This document shows positions 25,780 through 40,200 of a DNA stretch of 60,000 nucleotides, piece by piece (the first letter of the stretch is position 1; each line of letters begins with the position of its first letter). A model generated the notes under the pieces. It was given only the letters and a program-made list of their open reading frames with translations. It was not told where the DNA came from and did no database searches. Source of the stretch: Botryllus schlosseri (taxonomy: Eukaryota); contig CM119372.1 of the NCBI GenBank assembly GCA_051294905.1, forward strand, positions 13,022,001-13,082,000, in the 5' to 3' direction. A program made the translations under genes and the position numbers.

Positions 25780-26643
25780 GTTTAGGTGGTGGAGTGGAGC
25801 CTGGCAGCCACACCACCATAGAAATCTATTTATTCAACTGGTGCGCAGTTGGAATTTTCATTTTCTGCAGCTGCTCTACAATGGATTTCTGAAGAAAATA
25901 ACTGCAACAATTTTTTTTTTCCTTTAGTTTGAGACCACATCATATTTAGAGTGCGGTGCCCCTTTAACCTAATCGACATATTTCAACTATTACTAATCTT
26001 TAGAGCTGGCCACAATGATTCGAGTACTGTATTACGAATCGAGTATTAATTTTAATCATCCCAGTTGAGCACGATTTTTCGAGTACTGAAATTATACGCT
26101 CCTCGCCAGCTGAAAGTTAATAAATTAACGGGAATTCTAGTTTTGATACTATTTTCCATTGAGGAAACCTTGATTGGCCGTGTCGCAGCATACTAGAAAT
26201 GGTTCAAGCTATGATCGTTACCGAGGTCATGATCATCCCACAACATTGTCAAGAAGAGCAAAGAAATGGTATGGTCGAAAAAATACCCAAACTCCTTTAA
26301 CGCGACGGATAACAAGCATTATGTTCTTTGTGTTGGCATAAAATTACATATCTGAACCTTGACACCGTATATTCTATTGTAATGTACTTGATTTTTCCCA
26401 GCCCTACTAATCTTAACGCTACAGAACAAACCAGATTGCCGCTGAAGTTTATTCAACTATGAAAAACAAAACACGTGCCGGAAGCAGTATAACCACAAAG
26501 CGTACGGAACAATAAGTAGAGATGATATCCCAATGAGCTGAATGTCCCGGAAGTTGATGGGCTTCAAACTCAGCATGACCAACGTTTCGGTCCACGCCAC
26601 GAACTGACAGTAGCATCTGATCAGCAGCAATGGAAGCTTACCC

Positions 26644-29600
26644 TTATTCAGGTTTATAATAAGCCTGGATAGGTCTTCGGAAACCTGAATTGAAAACAAA
26701 AATTTCAAACTTGACTTACTAATAGTGAAAGTGCAGTACGGCGAAAAAACTAGATTTAGAAAAGATCCGTACATGAACGTAATTTGAGTACTCGGAACAA
26801 ATATATATCTGGTGATGCCTTTCAGCAAATGAAGCGCCCTGCCGCCGAAATTATTTTAACAGCCAAGCTTCTTTCTGTGATGGCTCGAAATGATTTTCAT
26901 GATCAAATGGTGCATGTGTGGGTGGAGGTTTCTGTCATTTCGCCAAATTTTTAATGGACTCGTCTTTTCTACAATAACAGTCAAGTCACCATACCTTTAC
27001 AATTATTCTTTTCCGGCATCTTCAAGTGTTCCACCCTGTCGAATCCTATTTCCTTGGTGAGGATAGCGGGCAAATCGTCTGGCCGGATTTTCAACTTCTG
27101 ATAATTCTCATTCAATTGTTCCTGAGGACAACAAAAGCAAAACCGTTTGAAATCGAAAATATATCTGTGGCAGATTATAATAAGCGACAAGGGATTGCAA
27201 AACAGACACATCTTTTGCGCTCACTTACACACATCTTTCTTTTGGACGAATATGAGCTCCAAGGCTGAGGTTCAAAGATGAACATCCCACCGGCGCGCAG
27301 CTGCTTGAAGGCTCTGTCAAATGGTCACGCTCATTTAGCAAATACTTTACTGATATACGCAAATCATAAAAATTCTAGGCCAGTAAGAATAATCGAATAT
27401 AATGGTGATTAGCCTACTGCAGATGATGTAGTAGATTCCGATATTCACACATTGTTTGTAATTGTATACCATTCTTACGTTACACTATCTATTTCAACTT
27501 CAAATTTCTAATTGCAATCTCCGTATTTACTGACAGCCGCTCCCGACTAGTGTCAGTTGAAAAGCTTGAGTGACTATATTACGAATATGAACTTGTCATT
27601 CGTCGCAATTTTGCATGGCAATTTCTACAACAAATCACATAACAACATCGCCATACCTCCGAAACAAGCGAAGCAGACCCTCGTCTCCCCAGTTCATGTG
27701 AATCCACTTTGAAACGCTCATGCACAAAATGATGTCGTACTCGGGTTCTTGGAAGCGTAGGAACTCATCTTTCTTTGGAACGTAATTGCCCTGAATGTGG
27801 GAAAAAAGTTTGTGATGTAATTGATTGTAACATTTTTGGTTCTACTTCAAAGTTGACGGTACATACTTGGAAGAAGTTGACGTTGTTTGGAAAAGCCGCC
27901 GTTGTATCGTCCTTACCGGTTTCAACTGGTGGTGTAGCTAAAGGCCCCATGGTTATGGCCATGGATGCTGGAAACTTGGATGCACTAAAAATATTTTAGA
28001 TTTCGGCATAAACAGACAGAATTAATCATGATAGTGACATGTTCATCAATACATGTCGAATGTACTGATCAACACAGCAAACCCGTGTGGCATACCATTT
28101 TCCGGGCTTTGCGTTGCTGGCATAGTGTCGAACGTTGTTCCGCGCGATTCTGATCAACTTATCGTCGATGTCAACACCAACTATCTTCCTCGGTTGAAAC
28201 TCTTTCGCGATCAAAAGCGTCAGATGACCAGCGTTGCAGCCAACGTCGAGAACGTCTTTGTCTGTGGCAGAAATTTGTAAATTACTCATTCAGTCAGCAA
28301 CAGTGCGCGGCTCTACAGAAATTAAGCATTAGGTTGAGGAGTTTTGTTTTTACGGTACTACTATAGGCACAAAGCACTGCTGTAGTTCAGTCATGTATAT
28401 TCATGATTAAAAAAGGTATCGAGCAATATAGCTCCCACACTAAATCATGTAGTGTACAATACTCAAGGAAATACACCTCTGTCTAGCTTTAAAACCAATA
28501 AAGCCAAACTTATAAGTGCCACACTGATCCACACCGAACATTTTCATGTAATACATGATTTCACGGCTTTTTAAGAATCAACAGTACATGATATAAACCC
28601 TGAAAATTTCAATCAACGACTGCAGATTTAAATCGTCGATTCCCATTTCGACGCTCACATTTGGAAAGTACAACTTAAACTTTTGGGTAACCAACAGAAC
28701 CGACATCAATTGGGCCTTCTACAGCACCCTAGCTGGGATTCAAACACCTTCTGTCAGGCTGGCGGTTAGCATAACAGTTACATATACCAGAATCGCAATG
28801 CGACACAAACCCACCTTTGAACCATTCCTTCTTGAGACATTCCATCCTCACGTCCTTGAATTTCTCCTGGTTGCGATACCCGTAATACTGCGTGTAATTA
28901 CCGTACTGGAACCTCGCGTTGTACGGCTTCTTCTTGCCTGAAGTTTTATTGGTGCTGGTACTTTGCGAGGTCGTGTCACATTGTGATACATCCGACACCG
29001 CAGCCTTCACTGGTGCTGCCAGTTTCGCAGCGGCATCGCTTTTATTTTTGCTAGCAACCGTCAGGGATTTTTTCGGAGAGGTTTTTTCAGAGTTCATATA
29101 ATTTTGCGCGGGGCTAGCGCCCAAAGTCAAATTCCCGGGATTGATAGTGCCGATCGGTTTTTCCAACACATTTTCGAGATCTCTTTCTGTAGCAGTCCGA
29201 CTAGGATGTGCCACTGTGTCGTTCACAAAAGAACTGAAGAAATCCCCTTCACAATCTCTCTCAGACAGATTCTCGCTGCACGTACGCCGCCGTTTAACGG
29301 GAGAAAAGTATTCTCGGTGGATTATCTTCTCGCTGCCGCACCGGAGCTTGTCGTCAACTTCGGTTGATTCGGTTTGCATTCCCGCGTCACTTGTGCCATG
29401 TTTTCCGGCTTGCCTGCGTCTTCGATGCTTCGAGTTTGTGTGCGCTTTCGAGCGTCGCGTGTTTTGCGGGATGGCGGGCGACACGATGGGATCACGGACA
29501 TTTGCCTGTGAAGCAAACATTTTGAACATAGTCTTGGACAGAATTGAAAATGCTCATCCGAACATATCACTGCTTGCTCAGATATGGGATTATTAGCGAG

Positions 29601-32600
29601 CCATTGTATTGTGAGGAATTCTAGAAATACAAATCAAGTCACACAGAACACCCACGCACACGCAGGTATCCTGCTGGCGATAAAAATACCGGATCGACTT
29701 CAGACTTTACTCAAATCTGAGCAGTTCAGTTTTACTTCTAACCTCGTTCAAAATTGGGATCTTAGAATTAGATTATCTAACATAGATAAGCATTGTCGAG
29801 AAGGACTGTCCTACATCCTAACGTCGCGTTGGCGCATCTCAAGTCTGAACCGTGGCGGGGAGGGGGAGATAGATCACCTTTTTATTATCTTTACAGATAC
29901 TATTCATCCTTTTCCTCACCATTACCATAATTTTACATGTATAGTACACACCCTTAAAATGACATGCCAAAACTGGGAAAAAGCCTGTACTCGTGTATAA
30001 TACGCACCCCCTGTACGAGCAGGTGATCAAGCAAGCATCTGATACGAGAGCATAGCATGTGTGACATCAAATTTGCTCAATTGCCTAATTTCTCTGCCAC
30101 TTCAACGACTTTCTTTTGAAAAACAATGGTAAAACTTGTTCTCTTCACCATCTTGATGTTAATGCTAATCAAACAGCGAGTGTAAACTACCGGTAATACC
30201 ATGCGCGACGGATCCAAATTCCCGTCAGCGTGTTTTAAAATCTAGCGACAGGGTCAGTTCATGCCAGGTGGTCCAGAAAAATTTCAAAATATGCCCCCAC
30301 CTTCTCACATTATCATGAAAATTGGTATGCTTGGGAAACTTTTCTTTCTGATTTCAGAAAAACAAATTTCATGAAAATCGATCCAGTACAACCGAAGATA
30401 TGGCCGTTCAAAAATTGCGGTTTTTTTTTATCGCTAAAGCGGAAAAAAATGACAGAAATTTACACATGCAATTGAAATTTGCTATATTTTGGTCAAATTT
30501 GGGTTGTTGAGGGTGACACTTTCACACTTGTTCATTTACATCCTACTTGATACTTTGCCCCCTTCTTTGACACCTGGGGTTGCATAGTCTGACCTTTAGC
30601 CCCATGATTCTGTTCGCGTCTTCGAAAATCGCTCACGCGTGACGTCATTTTTAATTGCAAATTTCTTTTGACTAAGAGGTGGTGTCATCAAGTGTAAGGT
30701 GTCATTGGAAAGCTCCTGATAAGGACTTTCAGAATCAACTATAACATTCCTCGCTATAGAATCATTACATACCATAAGAGTGCCATGAAACTAACCTGCA
30801 AATAACATGTTTTAATTGAAAATCTCACCTTTCTCAACATGACACAAACTCTGTAAAACAACTAATTTTACTTTTATTCTATATACAGTACCTATTGTAC
30901 TATACACAAGGTAGTCAGTATAACTCAGAACAGATAATTGCCGACATAAATTATGCTGGAAATAATTTTTTTAAATTGGAGAAAAATTTGCTACACAGTT
31001 TGAGGTGAACACACAGTACTTCAAAAATGAATCAGAATTCACAACTAACGCAATGATAAGATGCAATATTTTATGTATTCTACACAATACATTTGGGCAA
31101 CGATCAGCACTAAACAATGAAATGGACATAAACAATGAAAATCAATGTCAGCGGGTTGGTAGATTTCATATTATGGTGAGATATCAACTATGCACTTGCA
31201 CATATCAAATATATATATTTATCTTTGATGATATGTCTTCCAAACTTCTTTGACTTTCAGTGTTGTTTATACACACTCTTTTTGATGCTAACTCGGTCTT
31301 TCAACGCCGGCATCATCCTGTTGTGTTTGCTGTTTCCAAAAAACTTCACAATTTTTTCATCTGAAAGCATCTTCCCTTTTTGTGGTGGTGGCAAAGAATA
31401 ACTCCAGTGTCTTGTTCTTGCTGTTTCGCATCTCTCACCAACCTTCCACTTACTCCAAAAATTTCCGAGATTTTCATTCTTGACCAATTGTTAAGATTTG
31501 AATTTTTTGAGGTCTTGTTGAATTAGGGCTATTGCTTTTTCTTATATTTTTGATACGATATTTCAAAAGCAACTCCATTTTCATATTCGTCTTTTCCCGT
31601 CCCTACAAATTCTTGAATCTCATCAACATGTAAAACCTTGGCAAGCTTTGTTTCAACATTTAGATTCAAATCTTGTATTTTTCTTTTTCCGTATCTAATT
31701 TTTCGATTTCCAGTAAGAGAATGCAGCTTTACTGGAGATTCACCAACAGCATGAAGACACTGATATGTGCATTGTTAATATCTCACCATAACATGAAAAC
31801 TACAATACATGAGATATTGCATCTTATCATTGCGATAGTTGTGAATTCTGATTAATTTTTGAAGTATTGTGTGTTCACCTTAAACTGTGTAGCAAATGTT
31901 CTCCATTATTTTAAAAATATCTCCCAAAATTATTTCCAGCATAATTTATGTCAGCAATTATCTGCTCTGAGTTATACTGACTACCTTGTGTATAGTAGGC
32001 CTACAATAGGTACTGTATATAGAATAAAAGTAAAATTAGTTGTTTTACAGAGTTTGTGTCGTGTTAAGAAAGGTGAGATTTTCAATTAAAACTTGTTATT
32101 TGCAGGTTAGTTTCATGGCACTCTTATGGTAAGTAATGATTCTATAGCGAGGAATGTTATAGTTGATTTTGAAAGTCCTTGTCAAGACCTTTCCAATGAC
32201 ACCTTACATTTGATGACACCACCTCTTAGCCAAAAGATATTTGCAATTGAAAATGACGCCACGCGTGAGCGATTTTTGAAGACATGAGCAGAATCGCAGG
32301 GTTAAAGGTCAGACTATGCAACCCGAGGAGTCAAAGTAGGGGGCAAAGTATCAAGTAGGATGTAAATGAACAAGTGTGAAAGTGTCATCCTCAACAACCC
32401 TAATTTGATCGAATTATGGCAAATTTAAGTTGCATGTTTATATTTCTGACAATTTTTCCGCCTGAGCGATCACAAAAATGGCAATTTTTGGACGGTCATA
32501 CCTTCGGATTTAGTTGACCTTTTTTGTTGAAATTTGGATTTCTGAAATCAGAAAACAGAGCTCTGTAAGCATGCCAATTTTCATGATGTTTCGAGATAGT

Positions 32601-35176
32601 GGGGATATGGCCTGGACGAACTGATATGATATTACCCGACACCTAGATGACTAAGTGTGTTGGGCACAAAGGCTGGATGTGATGTGCGATTGACAACATA
32701 CAAGAAAAAAGGTGCAATTTTCAAAATTCTTGTGCCCATGTATGACATGCACCCCCGATTTTACGACAAAAGAATTGATTAAATTGCGCGCATTATACAT
32801 TGAAAATTACAGTACTTGATACTGTGAAATACTAGGGGAAAGGTGAATGCATTTCCAGTTTCGTTGAAATACGTTGCTTTCTGATAATTGTGATCATTCA
32901 ATTACCGCCCCTCCAGCAGTTACATTAATAACCTAGTTGAAAGACAATGACACAACACAATAGTTGATACCTTCGATTCTAATTTACTTTTGCCGACAAG
33001 GACAAACCCTGTCTACACTATGGTACAGTAAAATGTTATAATTGGTGTAATCACCGAAGCGCACTAACCTGCGAAGCTGCAACTGGAATAGTCAACCGCT
33101 TCACCGGTGACAGATTTCGCTTCTGTGAGTCGACCTTTGTAGTGACTGTGCCAACGTCTGAAGCCCCGTTGCCTTCATCAACATTCCGATCGTCCTCGAT
33201 GGACGTCTGAACCGAGTTCTGATCCTGATTTTTCAACAGCTGACTCTTCCTTCGTCTGTTTCGTTTACTTCTGGTTCGAGAGTTTTTGCTGGCTGCCGAA
33301 GGCGGCGTCAAGTTGCTGGAGTTCAGCCCAAGCGGATCGGTCACGTCGACCGGAGTAATAATATCGATAACAGAGTTTCTGGGTGGTAATGGTGACGACG
33401 CAGGCGTGACCGCATTGAGGGCTCGGTTAATGTTCTCATCCATCATAGAGTTCAGATTGAGAGGGTCGGTAATATTTCCGCCGAGAAGAAATTTTGTGGG
33501 CAGTATTATCCCCCTATTGCTCGTGTGGCGCTTGTGATGTCCGCCTGAGCCCTTTCTTCGCTTTGCGTTATGGCTTGTCAACGCACCTGCAAGCAAAGAT
33601 TGGTAATAAAAAATCAAACATAAGCCGAATCCAACTTGGAATCAGATAGAGCCTTAATTCTCTCAGTGCAAACAGATATCATGCTATAACGAGCATGTTG
33701 GCAGACGCCAAAAAAAAAAACCTTGTGGTATTTTCAAAAAATTTTCAACTAAGCGTACTTTGTTTCTAAGATTTGTCTTTATTATTTACTTAATTGATGA
33801 AGACTGGGCGGAAATGTTGACCTTCCTTTAGTCATCGGGAAGCTCTGCAACTATCATGTCAATGATGCGCCATTGGCGGAAGTCATCACCCTGTTTTTCG
33901 TCATCATGTAGCTTAAAGTGACCTTTTAATCATTTTTGTCATCAACTTCCCATGGTCTAAGGGGAATTTTGTGTAAGTAGCCTTGGCTACAATAAGTTTT
34001 AGGGGGTCCATACAACCAAGGAAAATTGTGAAGTCTGTGCTAAAAATGTCGAAGAACCCCTGCCATAGATTTATTTCATTACAAATAATCTTCAGAATAA
34101 CAAATACGGCTAACCAACGTATCTGTGCGCGTTGATATAAATTATGCCAGTGCTCAAGCAATTATTCCTTAGATTTATTCATGAGCTCACTTATGTCACA
34201 ATGTCACTGTACACCATTTAAATCTAGCAAAGCAGTTGAACATAGGACTATAATCTGGCAGCAAGAGATTACAAATTGGATTTTGTGATGTTCATATTTA
34301 TAGGTTGGATGACTCAGTGTGGTAGGCTACATCATCCTAAATTATATTACTGCCCAGTGCCCGTGATAAAGAAATCAGCATTAGCACATATTACGGATGT
34401 TGCGTGGAATTGGTCAAGAAAGAATGTTCTTATTTTTTAATTACAAAACAGTGTTCTAGTAATTCAATTTTCACTGAAAAATCTCTTTACATCGATTATA
34501 TCATAGGGAATTACATCACACAGAATATAGGCTACTACCATGTTCACCGTAGAATGGAAGAGGCTCAGCGGCATCAGCGCAAATCAGCTCTGGTATATAT
34601 TGTCTAACGAATCGTTTTAAGACTTTTTGTTATACTCGTTGCAAGCAGAATATGATATCGAGTCATAAATTCGCAGTTAACTAGCCGAATCGATAACATA
34701 AAACATATATCAATACCAAGAAATCAATACAAATTAGTGAGCATAATATCCTGTTTCAAATATAGCCTCTATGAATAGGATTGCAGCCTGCCTCAAATAT
34801 CGCAAATAGTTGCAGGACGTTACAAAGTTACATCAAATCGGATGCTCAGCTTCAACAACTGATTTCGACCAATTAGTTGAATTTAGGATATTGAACAGCA
34901 ACCGATTTTTCTACATATATTACCAGTTCCTGATGTTTCGCTAACGCTGTTCCGTCTTCTTCTCTTTTTACGGTTCAGTGACTTTGCAGGTGGTTGTTTG
35001 TCAGTTTTTCCATTTTCTTCCGCAACAAGCAACTCGGGAGCACTTGTGAAGCCAGGTTGCAAGAAACTTGTATCCTTGGAATTCTGTTGCAGGCTAGGAC
35101 TAGCTTCAGTCTCGGTGGATTTCAAGATACACGCGGTGCCTTCTGTTGAAGGTGACACGGCTTTTGTAGCGGCCAT
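26644..35176 (-). CDS. MEPCE: 7SK snRNA methylphosphate capping enzyme (Bin3 family SAM methyltransferase), ~710 aa, 9 coding exons
   Basis: Exons 35176-34924, 33586-33069, 29505-28815, 28261-28096, 27984-27867, 27790-27657, 27313-27229, 27121-26995, 26684-26644, all GT-AG and phase-compatible; motifs [75 protein letters not shown]. Confidence 0.96.
29925..32812. mobile_element. Tc1/mariner-type MITE hosting a nested Sola-like element (MEPCE intron)
   Basis: TA|CCATAATTTT...AAAATTACAG|TA; ends homologous to 21670-22521. Confidence 0.75.
30251..32637 (-). mobile_element. Sola2-like DNA transposon relic with ~800-bp TIRs
   Basis: 30251-~31050 is the inverted copy of ~31870-32637; GGG...CCC ends with 4-bp TSD GACA; internal minus-strand fragment [13 protein letters not shown]...[16 protein letters not shown] resembles invertebrate transposase N-termini; superfamily inferred from termini, TSD and TIR length. 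Confidence 0.7.
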
Positions 35177-37281
35177 TCTGCCGGATAATGGACAATATGC
35201 AATATTGCTGAGTCAGGGTTCAGAGCCAATATACAATTTCTATTAAGCTCTGAATCTCATCTCATTAACCAGCAAATTATCTGAAAGCAAATATGGTATG
35301 GAAGTTAAATGGTGAATTACTCACAATAGTCATCAAGAAATTGATTCTGTTTCTGGTAGGCTTTGACCCTCAGTTTCAAAACAATTTTCAAGTTGGAAAT
35401 ATTCATTTTGTTTGCTTGATTTTGCTATAAATCATCTTTACTAATAATGATTTTGTATGCTATAGGTATAGATTTTTAATAGCGAGATTCGTCTCAAAAA
35501 AGCCAAAAAAATCGGATGTATCAAAAAGGACAAAAACTGTCTAAATAAGCACGATATGTCTTATAAGATGTGCTTTATTGGTCTGATTTTCAAGATGGAA
35601 TGATGGTGAGTTGTGACTATTTTATATGGTCTTAAAGAGCTGAATCAGTCTCAATTAAAATACCTCACTTTATCAGCAAGACTGAAATTGCTGAAAATCA
35701 GACCAAATCATCCTCATGAGTCATGTCTCAAATTTGTGTATTTTTTTTTGTAGTGACACCGGAGAGAGAGAGAGAGAGATATGATATTCTTTCTCGCCTG
35801 CACCATCGAGATGCTTTGGCGACGGAGTTGCGATACGGCCCCATGAGGTCATCTAGTCTGCGCCCCCGTTTTTTTTTCTCCTCCATGCTATCCGTGATTG
35901 CTGAGCGCCTAGATAACATCATAACAGAGTACAGAGCAGAGACAAGATCCCATGCAACTCGCATTACATTGCCCCCTTTTGTCCGCTGAAATTATGAAAA
36001 ATATTGCGTAATTAAAACTTCAGTACCTGACGACACCATACTACAATAGCAAAAATAATCAACAACTACAAAACAATTACTCAAAGAGACGACACAACCG
36101 CACCTCCATCCTCCGCCACGGCCGAGCGGCAACTGCATCGCGCAGCTGAAGTTCTCTTGTATTGTACTCATGTTGCTGCGACGAATCTATCTCGTATTGT
36201 TATCACGTGACATACGTTCGAAATACGTTGTCGAGTTCTCTCAAAACGTGCTCAAACGCCGATTGCGTCAGGCCTACGATACGCCTATCATATGCAGGAT
36301 TATTTAGTTTAGATTGGCTCATTTCATTCATTTCTTTATTAATGTTGATCATTGCAAAACATCTCAAGGTTGCGACACAGTATGAAAGTACCAAATACTT
36401 CTATTATTGTCACATTCGAGAATGAAACGATGTAGGTCTAGGAAGACGCGGTAAGAACAGCATATCTTTTCATTGTATCGCAATTTTCGTGGTTTATTAA
36501 ACTGATCAAAATTGCCAATAAATTGAATACAATATAACAAAACACAGCATCAATAATCACAAAACACGAATACCATTATTTGCTACACCTACCAGGCCTA
36601 CTGATACTAAGGCTTTCGTAATAATATCAGTCTGAACATGTATCGAATGAGTAATGTTTCAATTTACTGCTGCTTCAGCGAAATCGTACATTGCCATTTA
36701 GGCTACATATTTCAATATGTTTATTGTTTATGGATACCCACAAATTTGGATGGTGCAACAAACAATGATGCAGATACTGAGCTATATAGAAAAGCTCAGT
36801 GGATATATAGATAACTCACCTACGCAGGTTAGTTGTCAATAGTGGATATAGCCAAAACAATTATTTGGATATAGCCCATAGGTTGGGTAGTGCCACTGCC
36901 AGTGATATATTTTTATCCGTGGAAACTGTTTTGCATCATTGGTACGGGGTCACGCATCACAGGATCGAGAGGCGTGAAATTGGCGCGAAGATTACACAAC
37001 AAAACAACTGGTCGTCTCTGTTTGTTGTCGTTATACTACTTTTTGTATAGTATCGTATTTTCTGCTTTGGAAAGCATATCGATTCCAATGTATGTGTACA
37101 TTCAATCAATTGAACACTTCGTTTGATTTACCTGTATTCAAATAACTTTGAAAGTGAAAATTACGGTACCTTTTCGTTAATTTTCAGTGTACAGGTATAG
37201 GACAACGATACGGTACCTACGTGACACCTATTGCCGTATTTTGCAGCGTAACTGACCTAGAATCATCGGTGATAAGCGATA
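35177..37281. promoter_or_regulatory. Divergent (putative bidirectional) promoter and 5'UTR region between MEPCE and ZCWPW1
   Basis: Predicted start codons point away from each other ~2.1 kb apart; minus-strand acceptor at 35281 suggests an upstream non-coding MEPCE exon; TSSs not determinable from sequence. Confidence 0.55.
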
Positions 37282-40200
37282 ATGCCTGGATTCAAACCAA
37301 AATTTGCAGCTCCCAAAATTGTATCACCAACCAATCAAGAGAAATCAGGTCAGTATGTGCCAATAGGTGAAACCGATTACGTGATATTACACAAATGAAT
37401 TCCAATGTGTATACTGGTTCCTTTTCTGAAATTTATATTCGCCTTTAGTCGGTAGCCCTATTCTACTGTAGGCCATGGGTATACCTGTGCCTGTAACAGT
37501 CCGATATAAGTCTCTGATAGGTATGATGGAGTTCTACAGGAGAAGGCCTTACAACTAAATGGAGATATGGAGCTCCTCAGTGATACTTATTCTGTAGAAA
37601 GAGAATGATACTGGAACGCCTGGTGTTAGAAGAATAACTATAGATGACTTTTGCAAGATATTCAATAAATAAAGGCAGGAGTATTGCTGTCCCTGTGGTG
37701 ATTTCTACCATTTGTAATACATTGAAGTGGTATGATCCTTACAATTGATGTGAAAGATGATCTGGAGAGCACGATTCTGTAGACCGGTTGTATGTTTTGA
37801 AAAAGTATTGCCACAAACTATACAATACAATATATCGTGTGGATGAAATATCGGGTGATATCAGCCTTCGGTACAGAAGTTAGCTAAATTTTCTAAGTAG
37901 ACTAACTGATCTGGACAAAGTATACATGAAAGAAGTGTCATATGTTTCATCATGAACCACAAGAGAACGCATCGCTCTATCGAGTAAGGCAGTCTGCGAC
38001 TGTGGAACAGTATTTTGCCGGCAATCAAACGGTTGTCAAGCCTGTCCACATTCAAGTCAAAGTACGAGCATATTCTACTATGTGACATTAGGGTGGTTCA
38101 AAAATAACCTTTTTTCCTGAATCTTGCAGGTTACTTGATTAAATCGTTAGGTTGCCTTAAAAAACGACGCACACCAAATTTGAATTCATTCCAACCAATA
38201 TTCGCGGATTTCGTAGAGTTTGAAAATTTTGAATTTGCCTAGAAATGCAAAAAAAAAATTTTTCAAATTTTTCTGCCAACCCCATGAAATTGTTGCGCTG
38301 TCTTCGAAAAAGATGCAAAACAAATTTGACTTAATTCGAAGCCGTAGAAGTGGAGTTATTTCAGTTTTTCTTTGATAATTCTGGGATTATCCTTGATTGG
38401 TGGATCATCTCAGAATTATCATCAAAAAACTTGAATAACTCCGCTTCTGCAGCTTGGAATTGAGTCAAATTTGTTTTCCATCGTTTTTGAAGACAGCGCA
38501 ACAATTTCATAAGGTTGGAAGGAAAATTTGAAAAAAAATTTTTTTTGCATTTTTAGGCAAATTCAAAATTTTCAAACTCTACGAAATCCGCGAATATTGG
38601 TTGGAATGAATTCAAATTTGGTGTGCGTCGTTTTTTAAGGCAACCTAACTATTTAATCAAGTAACCTGCAAGATTCAGGAAAAAAGGTTATTTTTGAACC
38701 ACCCTAATGTGACATATTGACTTCACCTACTGACCGACTCATGCCGCTCCATTTTCACTGCTTATCCTTTGATGTTATTTTCTGTTGCTTTTCACTCATT
38801 GTGCCTCTGATAATTACATGTTCTGGACCAAGTTGGGTATCGGATTAAACGACTTTATTCCAAGTCGTTTTGACTCCTTCCTATATCTCTCCGTTGTGTC
38901 GCAATCCTGTGCTGTTTTGAAGCGATGAAATTACTAATAAACTGATGATGATGAAACGCTGTTCCATTTCGAGCAACTGAATTTGGAGTGTGTTCTGTCT
39001 GTTTACTACTGTGGAATGAAATTTTGATTCTTTTTCAGGTGATACCAAAACTGCGGTATGTGACACTAATAAAATAAAATCAGCCAAGAAGAAATCCACC
39101 GTTTCATTAACCGACTCTCAGTATGAGGACTTGTTTTCTACTGTTTCTAAAAGAGTACTGGAAAAAAATTTCTTAGATTTGGATGAACGTTTTGTCGGAA
39201 GCCAAGAAATGGAGGAAGGTAACGTTTTCGAAACTGATTGTAAATTAAGGCAGGGTTTACATTCATGGTATCTTCCATGCCAAGATTAATACTAGCATAC
39301 AGACCTATTCATTCAATTAAATAATCTTGCACAAAGTAGCATAGTGCACAAAATATACAGCGATACGACCACAATGTGGACTGTGTGGTCATTCAGTCAG
39401 CTGCAGTCATGACGGTTTTGGTGCATAGATAAGGATCATGATATGACTGTATGTCAATAACAAGATCATAAAAGGAATAAGAAAAAAAAGTCCTACAGCA
39501 TCGGATTCTTCGTGTCAATTGTTAAGGGCACCTCAACGGCTATACTGTGTTACCAACAAATTGAATCTCAAAATGTTTCATGGCTTTAATATAGAAAATA
39601 CGAGGAAGCTACAAATTGCCATGTTCATGTATCAGTTCGATTGTCATTTCTGACAACTTCCTTACTTCTGTATCAATAGTATATGGATACAACACACGTG
39701 TCTGCTCGTTGTTCAAATCATAGATAAACATGATGGTGGAGAGGCCCCTAGTGTGGAACTATATTTTACCTGCTATCAGAGCATCCCGAAGTATAAATTC
39801 AAGCAGCTTTTAGTGGATTAATACTAGTATCTGTTTCCTGATCATGGGATCAATTTTTCTACTACCGTATTAGGCTAGATTCTCATCTGTATCTACTCTG
39901 TATACCTCTGCATTTAACCATTAACGATTTTAAAAAGGCTGGCCATTTGCTTGACTGGCTCCACCAAGTAGTTTCGAAACCTTCCCATCTTTTCATTGTA
40001 TTGCAAGCTTGTGTTAGATCTGATGAAATCTTTGTTGAACTGAACTTAACTGGGGTGCTTTTGAAGAGGCTTGTCAAGTGAACGCCTAGACTTCATATAT
40101 GGTAGTTAATTCTGCGATATATAGTTGCTTCTGTCACCGCAGACGTGGACAAATCAGAAGAACAGCCGAAGAAAAAGAAACATAATGGGAACAAAGGTCT

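Noticed and set aside
29141..29596. Plus-strand ORFs overlapping MEPCE exons (also 33286-33537, 34998-35246)
   Set aside because: Antisense shadows of real coding exons
35300..37280. 7SK or other ncRNA gene near MEPCE
   Set aside because: No recognisable 7SK, snRNA or tRNA motifs by eye; would need an Infernal search
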